NCBI RefSeq assembly: GCF_009914755.1
Contig: NC_060946.1
Source: the human T2T-CHM13v2.0 reference genome, Homo sapiens
DNA: 64,000 nucleotides
Reading direction: 5' to 3' (one strand)
The stretch's first letter is position 1, and the number at the start of each line of letters is the position of its first letter. The notes under the pieces are model-generated. The model was given only the letters and a program-made list of their open reading frames with translations, made no database searches and was not told the DNA's origin. Below are positions 48,621-64,000 of the stretch, one piece after another. Both the position numbers and the translations under genes were made by a program.

Positions 48621-50769
48621 TATATGGAAATCATATATCTGACAAGGGGTTAATATCCAGAATATATAAAGAATGCCTACAACTCAACAACAAAAAACAC
48701 AAATAGTCCAGTTAAAAAATGACCCACGTGGAGTGGTTCACGCCTGTAATCCTAGCGCTTTGGGAAGCTGAGACGGGATGATCATGTGAGGCCAAGAGTT
48801 TAAGACAGCCTGGGCAACATGGCAAGACCCTGTCTCTACAAAGAAAAAATGTTTTTAATTAGCTGGTTGTAGTGGCGCATGCCTATAGTCCTAGCTACTT
48901 GGGAGGCTGAGGTAGGAGGATAGCTTGAGTCCAGGAGTTCGAAGTTACAGTCTCTTAAAAAAAAAAAAAAATGGCTACCATTAAAAAGAAAACAATACAA
49001 ATAACAAGTGTTAGCAAGAATGTGAAAAAATTGGAACCCTGTGCACTACTGAGAATATAAAATAGTGCAACCACTATAGAAAAGAGATGGCAGTTCCTCA
49101 AAAAAATTAAAAATGAATAATGATATGATCCAGTCAATTACTTGTGGGTATAGAATTAAAAGGATTAAAAACAGGTTCCCCAAAAGACATCTGTACACTC
49201 ATGTTAACAGCGGAATTATTTACAGATCTAGCTTTTTTTGAGGTACTACTATCTCTGAGGTACACAGCTAGAAAAAAAGAGTTAATCTGACTATCCAGTT
49301 AGTTAGCCAAGCTACGCAACAACTGATATTATTACAATATTATCATCAATTAGCAAAACTGGTTTTAAACCACAATTTGAGAAATAAGGCTGCTGTTGCT
49401 AACAGAAAGTCTTTAATGATATCATGATATACCTGGGCAATAATTAAGATGATTTCTTGAATTCACAAAAAGGAGCAACTCAATGGTGAAATTTCATGCA
49501 ATTTTTTTTTTTTTGAGACAGAGTTTCGCTTTTGGGGCCCAAGCTGGAGTGCAATGGGTCGATCTAGGTTCATTGCAACCTCCGCCTCCCGGATTCAAGT
49601 GATTGTCCTCCTTCAGCGTCCCAAGTAGCTGGGATTATAGGCATACACCAACATGCCCAGCAAATTTTTGTATTTTTAGTAGAGACAGGGTTTCACCATG
49701 TTGGCCAGGCTGGTCTCAAACTCCTGACCTCAGGTGATCCACCTACCTTGTGCTCCCAAAGTGCTGGGATTACAGGTGTGAGCCACCGTGCCCAGCCGAA
49801 ATTTGATACAATTTATATCCAAAACACATGATCAGTAAGATAAAGGCCTGCTGCCATAAAACAGTTCTAAAGTTAGCTATAACTATATTATCAACTTAAG
49901 TTTAAACTATATAAATTTATAAAACAACTGCTTTTGGACATAATTTAGGTGTGATGTAGTTTTGCTCTCTAGTCAAAATGGTAAATGTTAGACCCTCACT
50001 GTCTTCAGGCACTAACAGCTTATGGTAAATGACTTCTAATCAGACTGAACTAAGATGGGAGCTCAAATCCACAAAAAGAAATAAAGAGCACTGGATATGA
50101 TAAATATGTTGGTTAGTATAAAGATTTCTCTTAATTTCATTAAATAATATCATTTAAAACCACAATAAAACTACAGGTTGTTGAGTTTATAACATATATA
50201 GATGCATATATGCATCTTATTTTCTCTTTTTTAATATATTTTATATATTCATATATATGAATGATAAAAATAGCACAACAGAGGGAGGAGGAAATGAAGC
50301 TATGCTGGAGTGAAATTTCTGCATTTTAACAGAAGTTAATATTAATAATCTGAAATCATTTGTGATGTTAGGATGCATTTTATAAACCCTACAGCAACCA
50401 CCATAAAAATACACATACATACACAAAATAGTAAAAAGAAAAATTCAGAAGAATTAAAATGGTATGCTACATTTTAACAAGAAAGGCACAGGGTAGGCAG
50501 CTGTGCGCATGTTCCTGAAGCAGCCTATATACACCTTGCCAGAAGTAGGGTTTTTCAAAACAATCAAGAAAACTAACAAATCTTATTTATTTATTTTTAC
50601 AGACAGGGTCTCACTCTGTTACCTAGGCTGGAGTGCAATGGCACTATCCCAGCTCACTGTAGCCTTGACATAATGGGCTTAGGATGATCCTCAAGCCTCA
50701 GACTTCTGAGTAGCTGGAACCACAGACACGTACTACCACACTGGCTAGTTTTTTGTTTTTGTTTTTTAA

Positions 50770-50886
<117 letters not shown>

Positions 50887-52401
50887 TGACCCAAACCTTA
50901 GTTAATGATCAAGAAAAAAACAGAAGACACAAATTATCAAAATTAAGAATGAAAGAGGGCACCACTGCCAACCCCAAAGAAATTAAAAGAAGCGAATATT
51001 ATGAACAATTTTATGTCAACATACTAGAAGACTTAGATAACCTGGATACATTCCTAGAAAGACACAAATTACCAAAACTGACACAAGAAAACAGAAAATC
51101 TGAACAGATTCACAGCAAGTAAGGAAGTTGAATTTGAAATTTAAAATCTTCCCACAAAGAAAACCCCAGGACCAGAAGGCTTTCACTGTTGAATTCTATC
51201 AAATACTCAAAGAAGACAGAAATAAGTCCTTCACAGATTCTTTCAGAATATAGAGGAAGAAGGACCTCATTCTCTAAGGCCAACATTTGCCTAATTACAA
51301 AGTCACAAAAGGACATCACAAGAAAAGAAAACTATAGACCAATTATAAAAATAACAGAAAACCCTTAGAATATTAGTGAACAAAATCCAACAACATAAAA
51401 AAACCACCATACACCATGACCAAAAGAGATTTACCACAGGAATGCAAGGTTGGCTTAATAGCCAATAATTAATTTATGTAATACACCACACTAATAAAGG
51501 ACACAAACTATGTGATCATCTCAGTAGACACAGAAAATAGAAGGGAACTTCTCCAACTTGATAAAGGATTTATCTACCCCAAATCCACAGCCAACATCAT
51601 ATTTAATTGTAAAAGGCTAAAAACTCCCCCCTAAGGTCAGAAATAATTCAACGATTTCTGTTCTTGTCACTTCTGTTTAATACTGTACTGGGTATTCTAG
51701 CCGATGCAATGTTGAAACAAACAGAATCTGGATTAGAAAGGAAGATGTAAAACTGTCTATTCACAGATAACATGATACAGTATGTAGAAAATGCCAAGGA
51801 ATCCACTAAAAACTACAAGAATAAGTTTAATAAGTATATAGGATACAGAAAAATATACAAAAATTATTTTATTTCTATATACTAGCAAGAAACAATCCAA
51901 AAATAAAACTAAGAAAATAAGTCTGTATATAATAACATAAAAAAAGAATAAAATACTTGGGAATAAATTTAACAAAGAAGTATAGGATTTGCTCACTGAA
52001 TATGCAAAACATCACTGAAAGAAATTAAAGATCTAAATAAACAGAGACATTAAATGACTAGAAGACTTAATATTGTCAAGATAGCAATTCTTACCAAATT
52101 GATAAATTCAATGTAATCTCTATCAAAGCCCCAGAAGGATTTTTGTAGGAATTCACAAACTAAACCCAAAATTTATGTGGCAATTCAAAGGATCTCGTTT
52201 CAAAGAGTTTCAAAAACTATTTTGAAAAACACTAAGTTGGAGTACCAACACTATCTGACTTCCAAATTACCATAAAGCTACAACTATCAAGTAATCGGTG
52301 CAAGAATGGGCACAGATCTGGGTCGGGCACAGTGGCTCACACCTGTAATCCCAATACTTTGTGAGGCTGAGGCAGGTGGATTACCTGAGGTCAGGAGTTC
52401 A

Positions 52402-52618
<217 letters not shown>

Positions 52619-52744
52619 TTAAAACTACAAAACCATAGGCTAAGCACTCTTAGCTATGACTCCAAAAGCATGATCCATTAAAGAAAAAAAAAATAGGTAA
52701 GTTGGGCTTTATCAAAATTAGTAAGTTTTGCCCTTCAAAACATA

Positions 52745-53095
52745 TCCTATGGTTTGAATGTTTTTTGTTCTCTCCAAAATGCATGCTGAAACTTCATCCC
52801 CAAGTGTTGGGAGATGGAGCCTTTTGGGAGGCAAGCCCTCATGTTCTCACAAAAGAGCTTGATGGAGGGACTTAGGTTCCTTTTTGCCCTTCTGTCACAG
52901 TGTTCCTCCCCTCCAGAGGATGCAGCAACAGGGGCCATCTTGGAAGTGGAGTGTGAACCCTTAACAGACACACTATCTGGTAGCATCTTAATCTTGGACT
53001 TCCCAGCCTCCAGAACTATGAGAAATAAATTTCTATTCTTTCTAGATTTCCCAGTGTCAGCCATTTCATTATAGCAGCACAAACAGACTAAGACA
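52745..53095 (+). mobile_element. MaLR solo LTR (MST-type) within L1
   Basis: tcctatggtttgaatg ... gcagcacaaacagactaagaca. Confidence 0.8.
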
Positions 53096-53521
53096 AGATG
53101 TCATTAGGAGAATGAAAAGACAAGGTACAGACTGGGAGAAAATATATGTAAATCACATAGCTGATAAACTATGTATATCCAGAATATATAAAGAACTCTT
53201 ATAATTCAATAATAAGATGGACAACACAATTAAGAACTGGGCAAATATTTAAATAGACATTTCTCAGAAAATATATATAAATGGTTAATAATCATATTTA
53301 AAAATAAAAGATATTTAACATAATTAGGCATTAGAGAAATACAAATTAAAACTGCAAAATGCTAGTACACAACCACTGGAATTGCTATAATAAAAAAGAT
53401 AGTATCAAGTGTTGGCATGGATGTGTGGAGAAACTGGCATCCTCATACATTGCTGATGGGTACATAAAATGAGACAGTCACTTTGGAAAACAGTTGGGCA
53501 GTTTCTTAAAAAGCTAAACAG

Positions 53522-54122
<601 letters not shown>

Positions 54123-54190
54123 CTAAACAAATTTATCATATGATCCAGCAATTCTACTCCACCCAAGAGAAATGAAAATATATGTCCACA

Positions 54191-54699
54191 TGCACACATA
54201 TGTTTATTGCAGCACTATTTACAATAGCAAAGACATGGAACCAACCCAAATGCCCATCAGTGATGGACTGGAAAATGTGGTACATACACACCACGGAATA
54301 CTATGCAGCCACAAAAAGAAATGAGATCATGTCCTTTGCAGGGACATGGATGAAGCTGGAAGCCATCATCCTCAGCAAACTAACACAGGAACAGAAAACC
54401 AAACACTGCATGTTCTCACTCATAAGTGGGAGTTGAACAAGTGAACACATGGACACAGCGAGGGGAACAACACACACCAGGCCTGTCAGGGGAGTGGGGG
54501 GCGAAGAGAGAGAGAGCATCAGGACAAAGTTAATGTATGCAGGGCTTAAAACCTAGAGGATGGGTTGATAGGGGAAGCAAACTACCATGGCACATGTATA
54601 CCTATGTAATAAACCTGCATGTTCTGCACATGTATCCTGGAACTTAAAGTAAAATTAAAAAAAAAAAAAAGAAATTGCAGAACAACAACAACAAAGAAA
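54191..54699 (+). mobile_element. 5'-truncated L1PA inserted in older L1
   Basis: ORF 54182..54436 (CTHMFIAALFTIAKTWNQPKCPS); polyA; TSD atatgtccaca 54180-90 / 54700-10. Confidence 0.88.
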
Positions 54700-54956
54700 A
54701 TATGTCCACACAAAGACTTGTCAGTGAGCATTGATAGCAGCAATATTCTTAATAGCTAAAAACTGGAAACAATCCAAATGTCCATCAACTGGTGAATGGA
54801 AAAACAAAATGTGGCATATCCATACAATGAAACACTATTAGACAATAAAAAGGAACAAACTACTGATACATGTTATAACATGGATGGACCTCAAAAACAC
54901 TATGCTAGGTAAAGGAAGCCAGATGTAAAAGACTACATATTGTATGATTCCATTTA

Positions 54957-55214
<258 letters not shown>

Positions 55215-55273
55215 TCACAAAGTCAAGAGATCGAGACCATCCTGGCTAACATGGTGAAACCCCGTCTCTACTA

Positions 55274-55482
<209 letters not shown>

Positions 55483-55933
55483 TTATACTTGAAAAAAGCA
55501 GACAAAGAAAGATATAAAAAAAAAATCTGGACCAAAAATTCTTGGTGGTACGCTGTCAGGATGGGGGTACCTTTTAGTGTCAAGCAGCCTTAGATCACAG
55601 AGGAAATTTCTTCTAGCTTGAAAACTTGTCAAGTTGTCCTTAGCCTGGTTTAAATGAACATGTGTTTATGAGGCACAAAATATTCAGCATCACTAAAAGG
55701 ACCAAAAAAGGACCAGCCTTCTTTGGGAAATACTTCAGGTCAGACTTAAGTAGTCTAGGTGAGGAGGGGGCCTCCAGGGGGTGCCATTCCCCCTCTTCTA
55801 TCCCCCACTGAGCTCAGTGCCAACTCTGCCGCACAGATACTAGATTAGCCTATACTCCATCTACTTCTAAAAATTAAGAGAAAAAAGGTAAAGTTTGTAA
55901 AAAGAGATACATATAAATACTGAAAAGGTAATG

Positions 55934-56391
55934 TGATATGGTTTGGTTCTGTGTCCCCACTCAAATCTCATCTCAAGTTGTAGTTCCCAGTGTTGGAGAG
56001 GGACCTGGTGGGAGGTGACTGGATCATGGAGGCAGATTTCCCCCTTGCTGTTCTGGTGATAGTGAGTGAGTTCTCACGAGATCTGATGGGTATAAGTGTG
56101 TGTGTGGCTACTCTGGACACACTGCCTGTGGGTTAGCCCTGCTCTGCAAGGAGCAGTTAAAAAAAAGTGTGTGTGTATGGCACTCCCCCTTTTGTTCTCT
56201 CTCTACTGCTCCGCTACGGTAAGACATGCTTGCTTCCCCTTCACCTTCTGCCATGATTATAAGTTTCCTCAGGCCTCCTAGCCAAGCTTCCTATATAGCC
56301 TATGGAACTGTGAGTCAATTCAACCTCTTTTCTTCATAAATTATCCTGTCTCAGGTAGTTCTTTATAGCACTGTGAGAACGGACCAACACA
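55934..56391 (+). mobile_element. MaLR solo LTR (MSTA/THE1-type)
   Basis: TGATATGGTTTGG start, ...GGACCAACACA end, 5-bp TSD taatg/caatg. Confidence 0.88.
56106..56164 (+). mobile_element. 53-nt structured mini-retroposon with A-tail inside a MaLR LTR
   Basis: GGCTACTCTGGACACACTGCCTGTGGGTTAGCCCTGCTCTGCAAGGAGCAGTT + A-run, flanked by perfect 12-bp TSD aagtgtgtgtgt (56094-105 / 56165-176). Confidence 0.85.
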
Positions 56392-57154
56392 CAATGTTTC
56401 ATAATAAAATTGACAATATCACACCTGGGCCAGTAATGCAAGGTATCTGCCAACTTTCCCTATAAAAGGACATAAAAGACCTCTGTCTGTTTTGTTTTGT
56501 TTTGTTTTTACAACTCCTCATAAAAACCATTCTTGGCCAATTGAGGTGGCTCACATCAGTAGTCTCAGGACTTTGGAAGGCTGAGGTGAGAGGATCATTT
56601 TAGGCCAGGAGTTTGAGATCAGCCTGGGCAACATAGTCAGATACCATCTCTACAAAAAATGTTTAAACATTAGCTGGGCATGGTGGCATGTGCCTGTAGT
56701 CCTAGCTACTTCAGAGGCTGACGCAGGAGGATCGTTTGAGCCCAGGAGTTCAAGGCTACAGTGAGCCATGATCACATCACTGCATTCCTGCCTGGATGAC
56801 AGAGAGAGACCTGATCTTAAAACAAACAAATAAAAAACATTCCTAGTTCAGGAGCAAAAAGCAGACCGTTTGCCAATCCCTCAGTTAAGGTGTTCCACTA
56901 AAATCACAAGCAACAGATGAGTAATTCTGCCACCACTTCATGCTCTTTAAGTCAAAGGCAAAATGTATCTGGTTTTAAAGAATTCACCACAAATCCGTCA
57001 GCAAAGAAAGTATGAACAGAGACTGGGTACTGGGTAAGTGAATCTGCTCCAGGCTTCTCCAGAAAGCCGGGCAATGACGTGGGCTGAGTATCTCTGAGCA
57101 CTTGGGAGTTCACGGCCAGGCATGAGGACAGGCTGCAATGGTGTCCCTTTTAAT

Positions 57155-57650
<496 letters not shown>

Positions 57651-58103
57651 GCCCTTTTTGTAAAGGGAGGTCCGAGAGCTGCTTCACGAGCCCCTTTCCA
57701 ATCACAAAACTTCACCAGCCAAAATGGGAAAAATCTGTGAGATACAAGGTGCAGCACCCCCACACACACCCTGTATTTCTGCACTGGATCCTAGAAGCTA
57801 GTCAAGGTGTGTGATATGGCAGAGGACTCTGAGGAGCTCACTTACAAATCAATCATCTCCATCAACCAATCACTATACAAACAACTCTTTCTTCAAAGAC
57901 AGTTTGCTCATTTTGGTGTAGGGCCTTGAAAACACACTGTACATCCTCCACTTGTCAACGATTTGTACTACAATGATCTGAGATTTTACTGCTACAGAAT
58001 TAGCAGTAAAAATAAGATAAAGCCTTAAAATTATGTCCCTTTTTGGTTCCAGAGTCTTACACTTCCCCCACGGAAAAGAAAACAAGACTCAACATGTTAT
58101 AGT

Positions 58104-58671
58104 TGAAGTGATCTATATGACCATTAAGAACGAAAATAAAAAGCAGCAGCCCCTGCCACCTGGAAGCTGGCCTGGCAATCACAGCAAGGCCATGCTGCTC
58201 TCCTGATGGACATAAACCACCTTGGAGAACACCAGCCTCAGGCAAGGGCCCTCTGAGACCACGATCAAGTGAGACACAGCAAGCACAGAAAAAACAAGGT
58301 TACTGCGCAACTCACAAAATACCAACACGCCTCTCTTTCAGCTAAAATGAGTGACTGCTACTTCTTTACCCATTATAGCTTTAATCTCACTCTAGTCTTC
58401 CCTCCCTAATAGATGAAATTTATTGAGATACGCAATCATAAAAATTACCCCCACTTGCTGCCAACATCCAATCTACAGCAAACCCCTGCTTCCTTAGACT
58501 ACCCCCTAAATCATCCAACCAAAGCCCAAATCCTATAAAAGGCTCTAACACCTTCTTACTGAGACACTCCCCAGTTCCCCATGGCGTGTGTTCTCTCCCA
58601 CTGCAACAGTAAACCCACCTTCTTCAACTGCAAGTGTGTTCCTGGTGGTCTTTGGCTGGAAGGGATTGACA
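58104..58671 (+). mobile_element. ERV1-class solo LTR (MER67-like, family uncertain)
   Basis: TG...CA ends, TATA-like cctataaaa, 3' end tggtctttggctggaagggattgaca. Confidence 0.55.
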
Positions 58672-58804
58672 ACATCTAACTATTGCGTTCTCTTTACTCC
58701 CCGACTCCACACCACAACACACACACACACACCCTAGGAGCTCCGCACTGCACATTGTTAAAGAGAACTGTACCAGAAAACCAGGAAGATTAAAATGCAG
58801 ATCA

Positions 58805-59005
<201 letters not shown>

Positions 59006-59440
59006 CTACAAATATTTTTTTAAGTACTACAACAACATAAAATGCAGAAAAGGGCGACACTGCAAGGCAAATATTCCATCAAAAAGAGCCAAGGGGTAAG
59101 TGACAAAGTAAGAGACAGATAAAAGCATCATTAATATCCCATAATTGTAATAATTTCTAACCAAAATCATTTATACTGCTTACACTATATGTTCAAATAA
59201 TTACTTTGACAAGATTACAAGGGAAAAGGTAGGGTTGGTAATAGAACAAAGATCCTTTCAAATAAAAGAATTTCAGTTATTTCTTTTTAAATAGAAAGGT
59301 CTTAACTTTCAGATGTCCTTCTACCTACTGAAATGACCAAGTAGACACTATTTCTGTAATAAAATAGAAGCCTAGGCAAAGCTAATATTTGGCATTCACA
59401 AATTTTACCTCCAGAAACAGTTTTTGCTTTTCTTTGTTTC

Positions 59441-59739
59441 TTTTTTTTTTTTTTTTGAGACCGATTTTTGCTCTTGTTGTCCAGGCTGGAGTGCAATGGC
59501 GCGATCTCTGCTCACCGCAACCTCCACCTCCTGGGTTCAAGAGATTCTCCTCAGCCTTCCTGAGGAGCTGGGATTACAGGCATGCGCCACCACGCCCAGC
59601 TAATTTTTTGTATTTTTAATAGAGATGGGGTTTCTCCATGTTGGTCAGGCTAGTCTTCGAACTCCCAACCTCAGGTGATCTGCCTGCCTCGGCCTCCCAA
59701 AGTGCTGGGATTACAGGCATGAGTCACTGCGCCCGGCCC
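59441..59739 (-). mobile_element. Alu
   Basis: Alu consensus; TSD cagtttttgctttt. Confidence 0.9.
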
Positions 59740-60273
59740 AGTTTTTGCTTTTCAAAGTAAGTGATACTGCATTTCACACAAAACATTAAGTCTACTGCAT
59801 ACATAATCCTTTTATTTGCCAAATGAAGGCAATATAAGAAGATTCTATATTTTTCAAGATAACTAGAAGGCTTTAAGCACCCAAGACTCCCTGATTTCAA
59901 GGAAGTAAAATTCTATTAATTATCAGCTCCTCTATCATTGATGTGTTTCACAGGAGGAAAACCCCCGAGCCTGTGTCGTCGGATGACCGGAAGCACCACT
60001 GCAGCAGGCCCTCAGGCAAGGGGGCCACACAGCCTTCCCGGGAAACATGCACAGTGCTGTTGTGCGTTCCTAGTCGCATGAAGACAAAGGCCTGGGCATT
60101 TTCTTCCTCTCGGTGTGTCTGGCGCTGTGGGTGATGTTACCAAGAAGCTCTGGTGCTCAGGGGCCTCTTACTAGGGCACACTAAACATAACTTTTGCTAA
60201 AACTTTTGGAATTAAGTGGAATACTATTGAGGAGCACTTCGCCATGAGCTTAGTGACACTTGTTCAATATTTA

Positions 60274-60540
<267 letters not shown>

Positions 60541-61255
60541 CTAAACAGAAAAAAAGCATTTGATTAAATTTTTTTCCTCTGAAATGGACTGACTGTAGCC
60601 AAAGGCAAAAGAGGAGAAGTTAAATAAAATTTAGAAAAAAGTTAACATTAGGTAAACACTTGAAGGAAACATTAGCTTGCTTTTCTACGCCTGTAATAGA
60701 TCCACCCAAGCCTGTGAATCAACTCTCAAGGGGATTACCAGCCCACAGTGGAGATAAGACATGTGCAGGATGACACTAGGCAGTGTCAAGGACGCCACAA
60801 GTGATACAGACAGGAGGAGATGAGTTGGGGGTGAACTCCCAAAGAACACCATCAGATAAGGTGTCACAGATAAGCCCACCACTGAGGAGAGCTTTGGGAG
60901 GAAGGAGGTCTTGGAGAGGTGAAGGCGAGGGAAGTGGAAGGGAAAAAGGGAGGAAACACAAAACCTGATTTCTCCAAAAGGCAAGAAAAAAGAACTGGCC
61001 AAAAGTTTTTGCTTAAACATTTCCCTAGATATCATCAAACCTGTCTACATCTGACTTGAATGAATTTCTAAGTCAGCGTGAATACTTCCTGGAGAGTCTG
61101 GGGTTAATAAGAAAGTCAGCAGGTTTGGCACATCTTCCAGGGCCGATGGACTGCTACTACTGTGTAAACTGAAACCAAGCACCTTTCTCCAAAGGCCATC
61201 TTATACGCAGTGCCTGGGCTAAATCAAGACCTGCTAATGGGATAAGCTTCAGTGA

Positions 61256-61679
<424 letters not shown>

Positions 61680-62384
61680 GACACCTTTATTTTTAAACAC
61701 TGTTCTGTTCAGCCCCAATTCTACTGCTACTGATTGGACCACTTAACATCTGTTACCTTGTGTAACCTTGAAGAGGCTCACACTAGCAACAAAGATCATG
61801 GACCGCTGCATTAAAATTGCACCACCCTTTGGAAGGAACACAAGTGAGACTGTTCATACTGAGAGTATAATTCAGGACGGTGCCTTGTTTGTCTTTTGTA
61901 GCAGAGTCTAGCACATACTGGATGTTCCAGCTGCTGAGTGGAGCAGGCTACAGGACAACAAGTCACCTCATCTCATCTTCCTGTTAACCCACTGAGACAA
62001 GCATCTCACACACACTTTACACTTGGGAAAAACAAAGTGTTGGGGTTAAGAAATCTTTCAGAAATTACAAAGCTGATTAATGATGGAGCCAGGTATAATA
62101 AAGCCTGTGTTCTGACCACAATACTGAGTTGTTTGAAATTCATATTCCATTTTAACACAGAAAAGATAAACTAAGTGGTGATTATGTTCCCAAATGAGTC
62201 CACCAAAACAAACAAAAACACATATAACAGCAAAAAAACAAAACATTACTTCATAACTGTAGTGAAATAGTTTTTTAAAAAATAGAACTTGCCAATTGAT
62301 ATTGCCATTATTACAAGAAAGTCCCTTCATGTTCCAACGTTGGGTTATAGCAAGGAAAATAATGCTAGGAGTGGTTTATTAAGC

Positions 62385-62915
62385 ATAGGAAAAACCTAAG
62401 TATTTTTCCTGTTCTCACACATCACTCAACACAAGACTGCCAACGCCAGATGTGGGGGGGTTTCTCCAGCAGACACCACCTAGTTATCCTACAATTTAAT
62501 TCAATTCTGACAATATCTACCTGGAAATAGTATCAGATCCCACAGGTTGAGGGCTCAGTCCCATAAGACTGACTACACTTCAGACACTAATCGCAAGCCC
62601 CAGGCTGTGGCCTGTACTTCTGACCATCCAGCTATAAAGCAGGGTTCCCATGACCTTCTTCCTGGGTTTGACTAATTTGTTGGAGTGGCTAACAGAACTC
62701 AAGGAAACACGTTTCTCATTTATTACAAGGGATATTACAAAGGATACTGATGAACCGCCAGATGGAAGAGGCGCATAGAGAAAGGCGCGAGGGGTGTCCT
62801 TGCCTCTCCCAGCACACCGCTCTTCAGGGACCTCCATGTGTTCAGCTATCATGGAGCTCCCGACATCTATCTACACATCAGCACCACATTATTTTATTTA
62901 TGGAGGTTTTGTAAC
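62385..62915. mobile_element. MER21-like LTR remnant
   Basis: caattctgacaatatctacctggaaatagtatcagatcccacaggttgagggctcagtccc motif. Confidence 0.7.
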
Positions 62916-63441
62916 ATCTGGTAGGGCCTGCCGTCCTCAGCACTTGTTACTTTTGGAATTTTCTTAGGTATTATATTGCTTAATATTTTGTAAGTCTAAA
63001 AAAAAATTCAAGCCCCAAAATAAGAACATGGGGGTCATTTGTGGCAGGCGAAGTCATGAAACTGGACGGAAGCACCAAGAGAGACCGTGAAAAGTGAGAG
63101 AATGGTTTGGAAGCCCAGGGCACAGAGCCCCAGGACACACCAAGGCTTAGAAGGCAGGCAGAAGAGCAGCCCATGAAGATGGACATAATTTACTTAAGTA
63201 AAGTTAACATATTTAAGTAAACCAAGAATAAAAGATAACAGAAGCCCCATAAGCACAACCACTGATACTTAGTAAACCAGGAAACCACATTATCACAACC
63301 AAAGAAAACCTCCCAGTCTCACCACCTTTTTCACAAATGAGCCATGTTCAAATTCCATCATCCTCTCCTAGTTTAGTTCCCTGCTGGCTTATACAACAAC
63401 ATCCAAGGTCATAAATTCCTGGAGGACACAGATCAGATTAG

Positions 63442-64000
<559 letters not shown>

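Overview
Human (primate) genomic DNA, not microbial. The window covers coding exons 2-19 of CLTCL1 (clathrin heavy chain 2 / CHC22; 22q11.21, DiGeorge interval) on the minus strand. All 18 exons have GT-AG boundaries and join into one open frame of 3023 nt (about aa 15-1022: terminal beta-propeller, linker, distal leg). Exon 1 and exons 20 onward lie outside the window. The introns, especially intron 2 (21.4 kb) and intron 3 (11.0 kb), are dense with Alu, L1, MaLR/ERV LTRs and DNA transposons, including a full-length Tigger1 split by eight Alus. They also hold four retrocopies: KRT18, RPL34, the DVL1 3'UTR only, and the 3' part of SNORA15. Most ORF-track entries are repeat-derived or spurious. 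I found no new multi-gene system. The most unusual items are (1) a 53-nt two-hairpin RNA retroposed with an A-tail and a perfect 12-bp TSD inside a MaLR LTR, (2) a sense-oriented DVL1 3'UTR retrocopy that could provide an intronic polyadenylation site just after exon 3, and (3) several chimeric or nested retroposition events and candidate cryptic exons. Gene and repeat names come from my recall of the sequences, not from a database search, and repeat boundaries are approximate.
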